Assembly: GCA_963675295.2 (NCBI GenBank)
Contig: CAXXKJ010000002.1
Location: forward strand, 288,001-352,000
DNA from: a bacterium
Lineage (GTDB): Bacteria; Electryoneota; Electryoneia; Electryoneales; Electryoneaceae
Reading direction: 5' to 3'
DNA: 64,000 bases
A program made the translations under genes and the position numbers. Below, in pieces: positions 9,696-19,519 of this stretch. Position 1 is the first letter of the stretch. Every line of letters begins with the position of its first letter. The notes beneath the pieces were generated by a model. The model had not been told where the DNA came from. It worked only from the letters and a program-made list of their open reading frames with translations, and ran no database searches.

Positions 9696-10390
9696 TCGGT
9701 GTCATTGGTGGGACCTCATTTTTTCATACGCCGGTGCTGCGAGAAGGGCGGCGCGAGCGGGTGGTGTCGCCATACGGATCAGTGGAAGTGGTCCGAGATG
9801 AGTCCACGGTTATGATTTCGCGGCATGGGGTGGAAGGATCGATACCGCCACACGCTGTAAATCATCATGCGCATATCTGGGTATTGAGAAATCTGAATGT
9901 CGAGGGGGTCGTCTGCTTCGGTTCTGTCGGAGGGCTTTCGGAGAGCTTCACGCCCGGAACTCTTCTTCTAGCTTCGGATTACTACGCCCCATACCGCACT
10001 GTCACCTTCCACACCAACAGCATGGCGACCACCATTCCGCGCCTGATGACGCCGTGGCGTGAGCATGTCGCACGGTGGTTGAACGATGCCGGCATTGAGT
10101 TCGTTAAGGAGGGTGTGTATGCCGAAACACTCGGCCTGCGGTTTGAAACTCAGGCAGAAGTGCAGGCTCTGGCGCGAGATGCGGATGTTGTCGGAATGAC
10201 CTGCGCGTCCGAAGCGACCTTGGCGCGCGAGATCGGTCTGCCAGTCGCGATCCTGGCGATGGTGGATAATGTCGCGCATGGGCTCGGGGTGGAGCCGTTG
10301 ACCGGGGACGCGTTCCACGCGAAAGTCCGCGAGAATGAGGCGGCTGTGGTGAATACGCTACAGGCGATTCGTCACGGTGCATCCGCCTGA
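9692..10390 (+). CDS. Methylthioadenosine/purine nucleoside phosphorylase (MTAP family)
   Basis: IGVIGGT, RHG..PPH.VN, G.RFET.AE, DVVGMT..EA.LARE. Confidence 0.85.
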   Translation: MIGVIGGTSFFHTPVLREGRRERVVSPYGSVEVVRDESTVMISRHGVEGSIPPHAVNHHAHIWVLRNLNVEGVVCFGSVGGLSESFTPGTLLLASDYYAPYRTVTFHTNSMATTIPRLMTPWREHVARWLNDAGIEFVKEGVYAETLGLRFETQAEVQALARDADVVGMTCASEATLAREIGLPVAILAMVDNVAHGLGVEPLTGDAFHAKVRENEAAVVNTLQAIRHGASA

Positions 10391-10684
10391 ACGCGCAGAA
10401 CTCGGGATTTTCGTAGTCGTATCCAGTTAACCCCTCGTTGCACATTCCTGATAACGAAGAACTTACGCTTCGTCTCAGCCCCTGGGTCTCTCTTGGGGTT
10501 TTCAGTTCACTCCGGAACGACGTTTGCAGTTCTGACTGGCGACTGTTACGTTATGAGTTAGACAGCCCGAACTCAGAGCCCGGTCCATGGTGAGTGTACA
10601 CTGTTCTGCCAGGTTGTTCATCCAAAACTGGTAGGGTTGGAGTTTGCAGGCTGACACGACTTGCACCCGCGGAGGGAGGACGGC

Positions 10685-12082
10685 ATGCGCACGATACGAC
10701 TTGCAGCGGTAGTGTTATTGTTGGGTATTGTCACGGCCAACGCGGCCGTGTTCACGGTATCGCCGGACGGTTCCGGTAGTTATGCCACCATCCAGCAGGC
10801 GATGGATGCCGCGCATGATGGTGATGTGATCGAATTGCTGGACGGCGTGTATCGTGGTCCCGGCAATTTCAACATCGACTTCCTTGGCAAGGCGGTTGAA
10901 CTTCGGTCTCAGAGTGGAAATGCGGAAGCGTGCATCCTGGACGTGAACGGCATCAACGGCAACTGGGAGCCGGAACGCGGGCTCCTGTTCGTGAACGAAG
11001 AGGGGCCGGAGACGATTGTCCGCGACATTACGATCATGAATGCGGACGCTGACGGTTCCTGCCCGGAGTGTGAAGGCGGCGCGTTGCTGATTCGCAACAG
11101 TTCGCCGGTCTTCCACAACGTGATCATGAAGAACAATTACGCGGTCAATGGAGCGGGCGCGTTCGTGGACGGACTCGAGGAACCTACTCCCGCGCCGAAG
11201 TTCTACAACTGCCAGTTCATCAACAACACCGGTTTTGTCGGGGTGGGAGTCGAGCTGGTTGGCGGCAAGGCGTTCTTCTATGATTGCATTTTTGTCGGCA
11301 ATTCGGCGACAAGTAACGGTTTCGCCGCCGCGGTACGTGTGTTCAACAATGCCGGCATGCTAATGGATGGGTGCACGGTGGCGTACAACAACGCGCAATT
11401 CGCGTCGGCATTCGAGATCTACGACAGCCCGGTGCTGATCAAGAACAGCATCATCGCGTACAACCGTGGCGACCAGGCGATCCGCATCACCAGCGAAAGC
11501 CAGGTGTATGTGCGTTATAGCCTGATGGCGGGAAATGATGGCAACGATTGGCCGAAGGCGATTGGCGGGCAAAAGCATGGATTCGGCAACTTGACAGTTG
11601 AACCGGGCTTTGACGGTTCCTTCCTCACCCGGTCGGTGCAGTTGAGCGCGAGTTCACCATGCATTGACGCCGGCGATCCGGACAGTTCGCTCGACCCGGA
11701 CAGCACCCGGCGTGACATTGGCGCGTTGTACTTCAGCCAGATCGATGACCTTCAGCCGATCAACAACGAACCGTTTCAGGTAGCCAACGGTGCGGCCACG
11801 CAGGGCACGGTGCCGGACCAATTCCGTCTGACGCCGATGCATCCGAACCCGTTCAACGCGATGACAACCGTGACGCTCGCGTTGCCCGATCTCGACATGG
11901 TGCAGCTGCGTGTGCTGGATGTGTTGGGCCGTGAGCGGGCGTTGTTGCACCAGGGCCCGTTGTCGGCGGGATCGCATGAGTTCACCGTGAACGCGACCGA
12001 TTTTGCCAGCGGGATCTATTTCGTTGTCGCGGAGTCCAGTGCGTACGGCCGTCAGGTGCAGAAGGCGGTGTTGGCGAAGTAG
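10685..12082 (+). CDS. Secreted right-handed beta-helix protein with C-terminal PNPFN sorting (T9SS-A/FlgD-like) domain
   Basis: Signal peptide; TIQQAMDAA, parallel beta-helix repeats, SPCIDAGDP..DIGA, PNPFN..ASGIYFV; strong RBS. Confidence 0.8.
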   Translation: MRTIRLAAVVLLLGIVTANAAVFTVSPDGSGSYATIQQAMDAAHDGDVIELLDGVYRGPGNFNIDFLGKAVELRSQSGNAEACILDVNGINGNWEPERGLLFVNEEGPETIVRDITIMNADADGSCPECEGGALLIRNSSPVFHNVIMKNNYAVNGAGAFVDGLEEPTPAPKFYNCQFINNTGFVGVGVELVGGKAFFYDCIFVGNSATSNGFAAAVRVFNNAGMLMDGCTVAYNNAQFASAFEIYDSPVLIKNSIIAYNRGDQAIRITSESQVYVRYSLMAGNDGNDWPKAIGGQKHGFGNLTVEPGFDGSFLTRSVQLSASSPCIDAGDPDSSLDPDSTRRDIGALYFSQIDDLQPINNEPFQVANGAATQGTVPDQFRLTPMHPNPFNAMTTVTLALPDLDMVQLRVLDVLGRERALLHQGPLSAGSHEFTVNATDFASGIYFVVAESSAYGRQVQKAVLAK

Positions 12083-12083
12083 G

Positions 12084-12165
12084 GCGGAAGTCGGAAGTCT
12101 GGCCGAAGTCGAAAAGAAGTACTTAGTTTAGCAGAAGTACCGAGTACTACAGAAGTGCTGAGATA
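12084..12165. repeat. Degenerate heptamer-like micro-repeat (GAAGT/AGTAC units)
   Basis: ggaagtc ggaagtc...agaagtac cgagtac...; a second array (cagccca units) at 12208-12238. Confidence 0.5.
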
Positions 12166-12172
12166 AAAACAC

Positions 12173-12205
12173 AACGGCCACGGACGCGAATCCGTGGCCG
12201 TTTTT
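12173..12205. terminator. Bidirectional intrinsic terminator
   Basis: aacggccacgga-cgcgaa-tccgtggccgtt followed by a T-tract, between convergent genes. Confidence 0.75.
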
Positions 12206-12238
12206 GCCTACAGCCCATGGCCCACAGCCCACAGCCAC

Positions 12239-13855
12239 TTAAGGTAGATAGAACCCCTTGTCGGTGATGCGTCCGATCTCTCCTGCTTCGATGCGCAACG
12301 TGAGGGTCGGGCAGAATCGGTAGCGGCTGCCGCCGAGGTTAGCCTGCAGGCCGAGGGTGACCGCTTCGACGACATCGAGTCCGATCGCGTCGGCGAGACG
12401 GAACGGTCCCTGGTTCATCCCGAACGCGCGTTTCAGGGCGGCGTCGACATCGGCCGGCGAGGTCAACAGCCGTTCATGGAGCAGCCATGCGGCATGGTTC
12501 ACCAACAGTGCGAATAACCGTGCGCTGATCCCGCCGGGTTCGTCGGCGACTTGGATCGGTTGAAACCCGAGGCCGTACGCGGCACCCATCGCCTTGGCGA
12601 GGTCGGAGGGGGACGAGTTCCGGGGACGCGAGAGCTCGACGACGTTGGATTCGCCGAACGGGGTCAGCCCGCCGAACCCGACCGCGGTGAACATTTCGGG
12701 TACTGGCTGCACCGTGATCGTGGACGGCAGGTTGAGCGTGTGCACCCACACCTGGGCGTCCTTGGCGAGCAGCGGCACGACCAGATCCAGCACCTGCTGG
12801 CGTTCATCCGGCGGCCCGAGCAGCACTTCCAGCGCGAGGTCGAACGGGCCCTGTTCCTTCACCGACAACAGGCCTTCCTCGGTGATCGACCCGAGGTCCC
12901 AGATCTCCCACGCGACCGTCTGTGTCTTTCCCTGGCTGGACTCGTAGATACGATCCTTCCACGCCTCGGCGAGGTGCGGTGTACCGATCACCAGCACCCG
13001 GCCCGGGCGCTTGATGTAGGTATCCGGCACCATCGGCTCGTCCGGCGTGGCAGAGAGTAGCGACCACAAATCCGAGCTCGCGGGCGGATACGCGTCATGC
13101 AGTGGACGGAAGCGGCCGTCCCCGTACATCGCCTGCGCCATCTCGTGCGTCTCGAGCCATGAGACTTCCGGATCGCGGGCGAGCAACTCGTCGAAGAGGC
13201 CGTCCTCACGGCCAAAAACCTCCGCGCTGAGACGGTTGATCCACGCCGGGTTGGCCGCGCTGGTGCGCATCAGCGACCACGCCTCGGTTTCGATTGCGGT
13301 GCGGATCCGTTGCGCCGCTCCGCCGGGAACATCCAGCCAGACTGTCGAGAACGGGCAGCGCAATTCCTGCAGATGGGCGGTGAATTCACGCATCAGCTCC
13401 TGGCTTGAACTGAGCGCGTCCACGATCTCCATATTGACCAGGCCCTCTTCCCGGAACACTGGCCGCACACCGATCACCCGCTCGGGGTTGTCGGTGTTGC
13501 GCCACGATTGCTGCGACAGGGCTTGCACGCCGAGGACAACGACCTGGATGCGGGCGTTCAGCAGCGCCTGCCGTCCGATGATCAGCTCTTCGTCGAGCAG
13601 CAGGTCGCCGGGTTCGGAATAATCGATCCACGCGATGTCCGGATTGCTGTTGTGCCCGTTGGATTCGTCCTCATCGACCAGCGTGTAAAATCGTTCGATC
13701 GGATCGAATTCACCCTCTTCGAACATCTCCTCCAGCTCCGGCGATTCGATTTCGACGACCAGCCGTGGCGCGTCGTCACCATCATAGATGTCGCGCAAGG
13801 TGGCCCACAATGTGGGGGTCAGGGTGGGGACATAAATCAACGGAGTTTCCGGCAT
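12239..13855 (-). CDS. 3-hydroxyacyl-CoA dehydrogenase-like protein, degenerate, with long N-terminal region
   Basis: C-terminal 3HCDH_C signature (VADEPG...DVDAAL...GPFRLADAIGLD...GRITDKGFY); no GxGxxG and no HFFNP; GGAGG RBS before 13855. Confidence 0.65.
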   Translation of the reverse strand: MPETPLIYVPTLTPTLWATLRDIYDGDDAPRLVVEIESPELEEMFEEGEFDPIERFYTLVDEDESNGHNSNPDIAWIDYSEPGDLLLDEELIIGRQALLNARIQVVVLGVQALSQQSWRNTDNPERVIGVRPVFREEGLVNMEIVDALSSSQELMREFTAHLQELRCPFSTVWLDVPGGAAQRIRTAIETEAWSLMRTSAANPAWINRLSAEVFGREDGLFDELLARDPEVSWLETHEMAQAMYGDGRFRPLHDAYPPASSDLWSLLSATPDEPMVPDTYIKRPGRVLVIGTPHLAEAWKDRIYESSQGKTQTVAWEIWDLGSITEEGLLSVKEQGPFDLALEVLLGPPDERQQVLDLVVPLLAKDAQVWVHTLNLPSTITVQPVPEMFTAVGFGGLTPFGESNVVELSRPRNSSPSDLAKAMGAAYGLGFQPIQVADEPGGISARLFALLVNHAAWLLHERLLTSPADVDAALKRAFGMNQGPFRLADAIGLDVVEAVTLGLQANLGGSRYRFCPTLTLRIEAGEIGRITDKGFYLP

Positions 13856-13980
13856 CAGTTTCAGGCCTCCCGACGAAAAAACGCGATGGGCCAAGGTTGC
13901 CCATCGCGTGAAGGTACAGTCAAATCACGGTCTCCGGTGCGGACGGGTGTGTCCGATGGGAGCCGTGCGAGGGGTGCGTC

Positions 13981-14898
13981 TTACGCGCCCGGATCGGTGT
14001 GCGGCTCGATCAGGATCGAGAGGAAGATCGGGTGCCGGCGCGTTTCGAGGAAGCGCTTCAGGTCGTTCATCACGGCGGCCCAGCCGTCATAGTCACTACG
14101 GGTCGAAAGCACGACCGGTTCGGTGAACGAACCTTCGGTCAGCGACACGCGGGTGCCGTTGCCTTCGTCCTTCAGTTCCCAGCGCACGACGAGGTTCGGA
14201 TCTTCGTCCGCGACTTCACGCCAGCCGAAGCTGAACTTGACGTTTTCTTCCACTTCGACGACCGGGAGCTGATCCCATCCGAGGTCGAGGATGCCGCCCT
14301 CGTTCAGCTCGATCTTCTTCACCTGCGGGGCGAAGAAGCCGCGGATGCCGTCTACGGTGGTCAACGTTTCGTACACTTCTTCACGCTTCGCGGTGGTCCA
14401 GAAATCGAGGCGGAAGTCCTTGCCGCGCTTGTGCGTAAACTCCGGGCGAACCCACGCGGAGGCGCCTTCCATATGGAACACGAAACCGTTCAGCAACAGC
14501 GTCCACAAGTTGCGGAGGTCATCGTCGGTAAGGTCATCGTCGCCGACCACGTGGTCGACATCGAGACGGCAGGTGTTTTCTTCCATACCGGAGACGCGGA
14601 AGTGGACTTCGGTCTCGACGATTTCGCCGTCACGTTGCCGTACCGGCCAGGTGAAGGACAGCGTCATCTCATCCGGGTTGATCTCGAGGATTTCCTGTTC
14701 CGGGCGCTCATCGTAGCGCAGGAAGGGCAGGAATTTTCCGCCGAAGGAGAGCTGCTGGTTGTCGATGTCGACGTTCACTTGCTGGGCGAACCAGATCTGG
14801 AGTTCGCGTGTGTCGCTGATGGCACGCCAGGCGACTTTCGCGGGGACGCGGACGTCCACTGCAACCGAGGCGCGCTTTTTGTTGGTTTCCGTGGCCAT
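13981..14898 (-). CDS. Tandem SRPBCC/AHSA1-like domain protein
   Basis: Two repeats: VAW.AISD..L..WF and VYETLTT...FF, each ending in a W...L..L helix. Confidence 0.75.
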   Translation of the reverse strand: MATETNKKRASVAVDVRVPAKVAWRAISDTRELQIWFAQQVNVDIDNQQLSFGGKFLPFLRYDERPEQEILEINPDEMTLSFTWPVRQRDGEIVETEVHFRVSGMEENTCRLDVDHVVGDDDLTDDDLRNLWTLLLNGFVFHMEGASAWVRPEFTHKRGKDFRLDFWTTAKREEVYETLTTVDGIRGFFAPQVKKIELNEGGILDLGWDQLPVVEVEENVKFSFGWREVADEDPNLVVRWELKDEGNGTRVSLTEGSFTEPVVLSTRSDYDGWAAVMNDLKRFLETRRHPIFLSILIEPHTDPGA

Positions 14899-15221
14899 GA
14901 AGTACCCTTGGTCTGCGTGCGGCGACACGGGTCGCCGTGCTGCTGGTTTTGGTTGCCTGTTGTACAAAGGCCGGGTTGCGAGGTTCCAAACAAACAGACC
15001 TCACCCCGACCACGAATTGGTCCAGAAAAAAATCTCTTGGGAAGACGTAAAAATAGGGTGTCAGTCGGGGTATAACAACCCCGCTGTGACGAGCCTCTCG
15101 GGCGCTGAGGGGAGACAAAACGAGGGTGAAGTGACCTGGAGGAGGGACATGTGAACGATTGGATTCAAGTAAACTGACTGGTGACTTTTTGTCCCCAAAG
15201 TGTCCCAGGTAGAATCAGTAT

Positions 15222-15250
15222 GTGCCCCGGACGGCTCCGCCAGTCGGGAT
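15222..15250 (+). repeat. TGCCC-head REP-like hairpin
   Basis: gtgccccggacggctccgccagtcgggat; close to the copy at 60807-60835. Confidence 0.65.
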
Positions 15251-15299
15251 AAATCGCCTTCGGATCATCCGCGTCCGCAAGCGGACACGGGCACTTTCT

Positions 15300-15381
15300 T
15301 CTACTTCAGTCCTCAGTCCTCAGTCCTCAGTCCACCGATTACCGACCACCGAATACCGAATACCAGCTAAAGCCCACAGCC
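15300..15381. repeat. Heptamer micro-repeat array
   Basis: (cagtcct)x3-4, then accgatt accgacc accgaat accgaat. Confidence 0.7.
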
Positions 15382-17133
15382 CTATGTCTTCTCCGGCTTC
15401 TTCCAGAACGGCCGCTGATGCAGCCGTTCCTTGATGTCGATGGAGGGCGCCAGTTCCTCGTCGTACGGTTCGAACGCCACCGCCCACGCGATCCCGATCA
15501 GCAGCATCGCCGCCGCGCGCACGGACGGATCATCCAGCGCAAACGCCGACATCCCGTGCAGCACCGCCGCGAACAACGCCCCGGACAGCACGAACCCTTC
15601 CAGCGATTCGCGTGTCAGCAGCCCGATGTTCAACGCGAGGATCAGGATCACGGTCGCGCCGAGCCCGATCCAGCCGCCGGCGACGGTCACTTCGAGGAAC
15701 AGGTTGCGCGAATTATAGCCTAGTAGCGCCTCAGACGCTCCCGGTCCGAGCCCGAACCACGGCCGCGCGCCGAGCAGAGCGTACACGTCGCGCCAGATTT
15801 CGGCGAGCGGCGGATTCGCGAGTCCGCCGCCACGGTTGAGCGCGTCGTTCGCCGCCTGCAGGTACTTGTCGGAGCGGACGTGCATCAGCCGTCCCAGCCG
15901 GTTCGGTTCGCCGGGCAGGTCGGATTGGAACAGCAGCAGGTACGGGGACGCGCGGTACTGGCTGAACAACCCGCCCGGCCCCTTGAGGTCGATGACGATG
16001 AAGCCCTGCTCTTCGTGGCTGCGGAAGGGGAGGGTGATCGAAATCTCTTCGCCCGGTTCGACATGTTGGGCCAGCGGTGCCGAAACCCAGCCGCCACGCA
16101 GGAAGCGTACCGGCCCGCGATCATCGAGCGATTCCGGGTACAATACGTGGTAGCCGGTTTCGAATCCCGCCTGCCACGACACCGGCCCGGGGTTGACCAG
16201 GGTGACCGCCAGCGAGTCCTGCTCGTAACTCTCCAGCGCGGTCAACGCGCGCACGGTAAACCCGACCGGCTCCTGGTACGGGCCCCAGCGTGCGCGAAAC
16301 GCCGGGTTGAACAGCGCGATCACGACACCGATCAGCAACGGAATCGACAGCCCCGCCACCGAGTGACGGATACCGGCCTTGGCGGTCATCACGACCAGGA
16401 TTCCGGCCAGCGCGGCGATGGGTGCGCCGAAGGAGAGCGTCATCAAGGTGCCGAGCCAGAAGATCCCGACCAGCAGCAACATCAGCTCGCGTTTTTTACC
16501 CTCCACCGACATTGCCGCCCCGGCAAGCAACGGGGTTAACACCGCGCAGATCCACGACATCGCGTCGGCATGTGTGAACGGACCTGTCAAACGCAGCAGC
16601 AGCTGCCACGCTTCCGGCGCGTCATGGAAGATGCGGACAGCGTTTTCGACGGCGGGAATGCGGAAGAGTTCGCCGAAACCCATTGCGAGTGCGAGGAGTG
16701 TAGAGAGTACAAGAGCGGCCAACGCGGCCAGGCGTTCGGTGGGATGCCCGGAATAGAGGATCGCGACTCCGGCGACCAGCAGCACCGGCTCCCACAGCGC
16801 GGCGACGGACAGGATCGGATCACTGCCCCGGGACACGGCACCCAGTCCCGCCAGCAACGCCAGTCCGAGCACGATGGGCAGCGCCCAGCGTCCCCGCAAC
16901 TTGTACGCGCCTCCGGTGGCAACGCTGGCGATGGCAAACAGCGGGATGATCAACCCGAGCAGGCTCGCGGCCGGCAGCAACCGTCCCGTGCTGAGCGGGA
17001 TCGCGTCCAGCCGCCCCACGAACGGCATCGTGAAGGCGAGGATCAGGATCAATCCGCGTCCGATCTGCCCCCACGGGTCGTCCGCCCAGAGATGTCGCGA
17101 GCGTTGGGTCATATCGGTTAGACGCCGCTGCAT
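15382..17133 (-). CDS. O-antigen ligase (Wzy_C/WaaL-like) membrane protein with inserted Ig-like domain
   Basis: Many TM helices; RLTGPFTH, RPWFGLGPG, NLFLEV motifs; periplasmic VTLVNPG..W...VEPGE segment. Confidence 0.65.
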   Translation of the reverse strand: MQRRLTDMTQRSRHLWADDPWGQIGRGLILILAFTMPFVGRLDAIPLSTGRLLPAASLLGLIIPLFAIASVATGGAYKLRGRWALPIVLGLALLAGLGAVSRGSDPILSVAALWEPVLLVAGVAILYSGHPTERLAALAALVLSTLLALAMGFGELFRIPAVENAVRIFHDAPEAWQLLLRLTGPFTHADAMSWICAVLTPLLAGAAMSVEGKKRELMLLLVGIFWLGTLMTLSFGAPIAALAGILVVMTAKAGIRHSVAGLSIPLLIGVVIALFNPAFRARWGPYQEPVGFTVRALTALESYEQDSLAVTLVNPGPVSWQAGFETGYHVLYPESLDDRGPVRFLRGGWVSAPLAQHVEPGEEISITLPFRSHEEQGFIVIDLKGPGGLFSQYRASPYLLLFQSDLPGEPNRLGRLMHVRSDKYLQAANDALNRGGGLANPPLAEIWRDVYALLGARPWFGLGPGASEALLGYNSRNLFLEVTVAGGWIGLGATVILILALNIGLLTRESLEGFVLSGALFAAVLHGMSAFALDDPSVRAAAMLLIGIAWAVAFEPYDEELAPSIDIKERLHQRPFWKKPEKT

Positions 17134-17305
17134 GGCAAAAAGATTCCGGTTTGTTTCGCCTCGCGGAGGATCTTGAAAAAAGTTCGGCGAGGCTACACTG
17201 GCAAACTACCGGCCCAAAGGGGGCTTGTACAAGGCTTGCCAGCGAAGAAATGGAAGCCGTACGTTGCCACATCTCCAATGGCCTGTGTAAGGTACCCGTA
17301 TTGAC

Positions 17306-17382
17306 GTGCCCGTGTCCGCTTGCGGACGCGGACGTGTTGAGGATGGATGCACGATGCCCGCGGGAGCTTTGCTACCGCGGTT
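17306..17382 (+). repeat. Two TGCCC-head REP-like hairpins upstream of murG
   Basis: gtgcccgtgtccgcttgcggacgcggac; atgcccgcgggagctttgctaccgcggtt. Confidence 0.65.
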
Positions 17383-17458
17383 GATCCCTGCTGGCGGAGC
17401 CATCAGGGGCACATATTCAGGGATGGTTGAATTCGAGGGGAAGGGTGCGCGCGATCTC

Positions 17459-19519
17459 ATGAGAGTCGTGTTGACAGGTGGAGGCAGTGGCGGACATGTG
17501 AGCCCGATGCTCGCGGTCGCGGAGGCGTTGCGTGAGCTCGAGCCGACGGTCGATCTGCGCTATATCGGGGTACGCAACGGCCTCGAAGCCGACCTCGTCC
17601 CCCGGGCGAACATCCCGATCCGTTTCGCGTCCGCCATCGGCATGCCCGGCATGTCGCTTTCGCCCGCGATGTTCAAATTCCTGTTCACGTTGCTCGGCGG
17701 TGTCCTCGCCGCAACGGGTCACCTGATCGCGTATCGTCCCCATGTGATTGTCGCCTCCGGCGGTTTCGCCAGCGCCCCAGCCGTGTTCGCGTCGGCATTC
17801 CTGCGCGGCCTGACCTTTGGTTTGTGGCGCATCCCGGTTTATCTGCACGAACAAAACGCCGTCCCCGGCCGGATGAACTCCGCCGCCGCACGCATCGCCC
17901 GGCAGGTCGGCGTCGTGCACGCGGTGTCGTTGAACCGGCTGCCGCATGCCGTCAACGAAGTCGTTGGCTATCCGGTGCGAGCGGGATTTGCTTCGGTGGA
18001 CCGTGCCACGGCCCGCAAGGAACTGGGCGTCCCGGATGATGCGGAATATGTCGTCGTCACCGGCGGTAGCCAGGGCGCGCGCACGATCAACCGGGCGGTT
18101 GTTGATGCGCTGCCGTTCCTTGCCGATCGCCGGAACCTGTGGCTGACCCACTCCACCGGCGCGATGAAGGGCCGGGGCTATGACGCGGTCGGTGACACGA
18201 AGTCTCGACTCGACGCCAACTCCCGCAAGCCGGACCATTACCGCGTTACCGACTACCTGCACGACATGCCCTTGCACCTCGCCGCAGCGGACCTCGCGGT
18301 GATCCGTGGCGGCGCGGGCTCGCTGTTCGAGGTCTGCACCCAGGGCCTGCCCGCGTTGGTGATTCCGAAGGCGAATCTGCCCGGCGACAGCCAGGTGGCC
18401 AACGCCCGCGAGTTGGCGGCGCGCGGCGCGATTGAACTGTTGTACGAGGAGCCAGCGTTCGTGGACGGCGCTTTCATCGAAGTGGTCCCCGGCGAATTGA
18501 TGGCGGAGAAGATCACGGCGTTGCTCGACAATCCGGACCGTCGCCATGAGCTGAGCGCCAGGGCGAAAGAGGCGTTTGACCGGCGTGCGGCGAACCGGAT
18601 CGCGAAACGGGTGGTCGCGTTGGCGAAGAGCATCCGCGCGATCGACGTCGAGAACGACAACACGCCGAGCTCTGCCGAAACGTTGACCGAAACCACGCTG
18701 CCCGATTCGCCGACCGCGTTGCGCCGGTATGCCGAGCAGGTGATGGGCGTGCGTTACGAGCGGGCGTTCGCGCAGGGTCCGATCCGCGACTGGGAGCTGG
18801 AGAAGCTGGACGATCTCGCGTACTTCCGTTATCGCGGCGCGGCGTTGCTGGCACACTCGCACTGGTCGATGCGCAATGAAGGGATCAAGCTGTTGGCGTT
18901 GACCCGGCACGTCGACAAGCTGGACCTCGTGCTCCATGTGCTCACCGACCGTACCCCCGCGCCAAAGCTGCACCGCATGCTCGGCGGCGACTTCGCCCAG
19001 GTCGGGTTCATCCGCCGGAACGCCGTTAACGCGCTCGCGTTCATGGGTGTGGTCAACGAGGATGTGCGCGCGGCGATTGTCACCGCGTTGGACGATCCCT
19101 ACTACGAGGTCCGCTCGGCGACGCTCAAGCTGATCCGTTCGATGATCAAGAATGATCATAAGTTGGCCGATAATCCGGAGATCGTGTCGCGGGTGCGGAA
19201 ACTGACACGCGACCGCAATCTCGAGGTTCACTGGGAAGCGTTGCACACCTTCGGCTTCGTCGGCGCGCCGGAGGATGTGCTGGCTACCAACCGCGCGTAC
19301 GCCGTCACCGGCAAGACGCCACTGCGCGAGGCAGTGCTGCGTTCGTATCACGCCCTGCTCGACCGCTATGATGGCGCGGCGGATGAGCCGTGGCGTCACC
19401 AGTTGAGCGACGACATCGACCATTTCGCCATCACCTCGCTGGCGTTCCACCCCCATTTCCCGTTGAAGGAACGGTACGTCTCGCTCTGCAAACGGATGGA
19501 CGAGGAGGTTTCGGCATGA
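17459..19519 (+). CDS. murG: MurG glycosyltransferase fused to a C-terminal HEAT-like repeat domain
   Basis: TGGGSGGH, GGFAS.P, HEQN..PG.MN, GGSQGA, RGGAGS..E, Q..NA; C-terminal 270 aa with RRNAVNAL/DPYYEVR/EVHWEAL helical repeats. Confidence 0.85.
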   Translation: MRVVLTGGGSGGHVSPMLAVAEALRELEPTVDLRYIGVRNGLEADLVPRANIPIRFASAIGMPGMSLSPAMFKFLFTLLGGVLAATGHLIAYRPHVIVASGGFASAPAVFASAFLRGLTFGLWRIPVYLHEQNAVPGRMNSAAARIARQVGVVHAVSLNRLPHAVNEVVGYPVRAGFASVDRATARKELGVPDDAEYVVVTGGSQGARTINRAVVDALPFLADRRNLWLTHSTGAMKGRGYDAVGDTKSRLDANSRKPDHYRVTDYLHDMPLHLAAADLAVIRGGAGSLFEVCTQGLPALVIPKANLPGDSQVANARELAARGAIELLYEEPAFVDGAFIEVVPGELMAEKITALLDNPDRRHELSARAKEAFDRRAANRIAKRVVALAKSIRAIDVENDNTPSSAETLTETTLPDSPTALRRYAEQVMGVRYERAFAQGPIRDWELEKLDDLAYFRYRGAALLAHSHWSMRNEGIKLLALTRHVDKLDLVLHVLTDRTPAPKLHRMLGGDFAQVGFIRRNAVNALAFMGVVNEDVRAAIVTALDDPYYEVRSATLKLIRSMIKNDHKLADNPEIVSRVRKLTRDRNLEVHWEALHTFGFVGAPEDVLATNRAYAVTGKTPLREAVLRSYHALLDRYDGAADEPWRHQLSDDIDHFAITSLAFHPHFPLKERYVSLCKRMDEEVSA

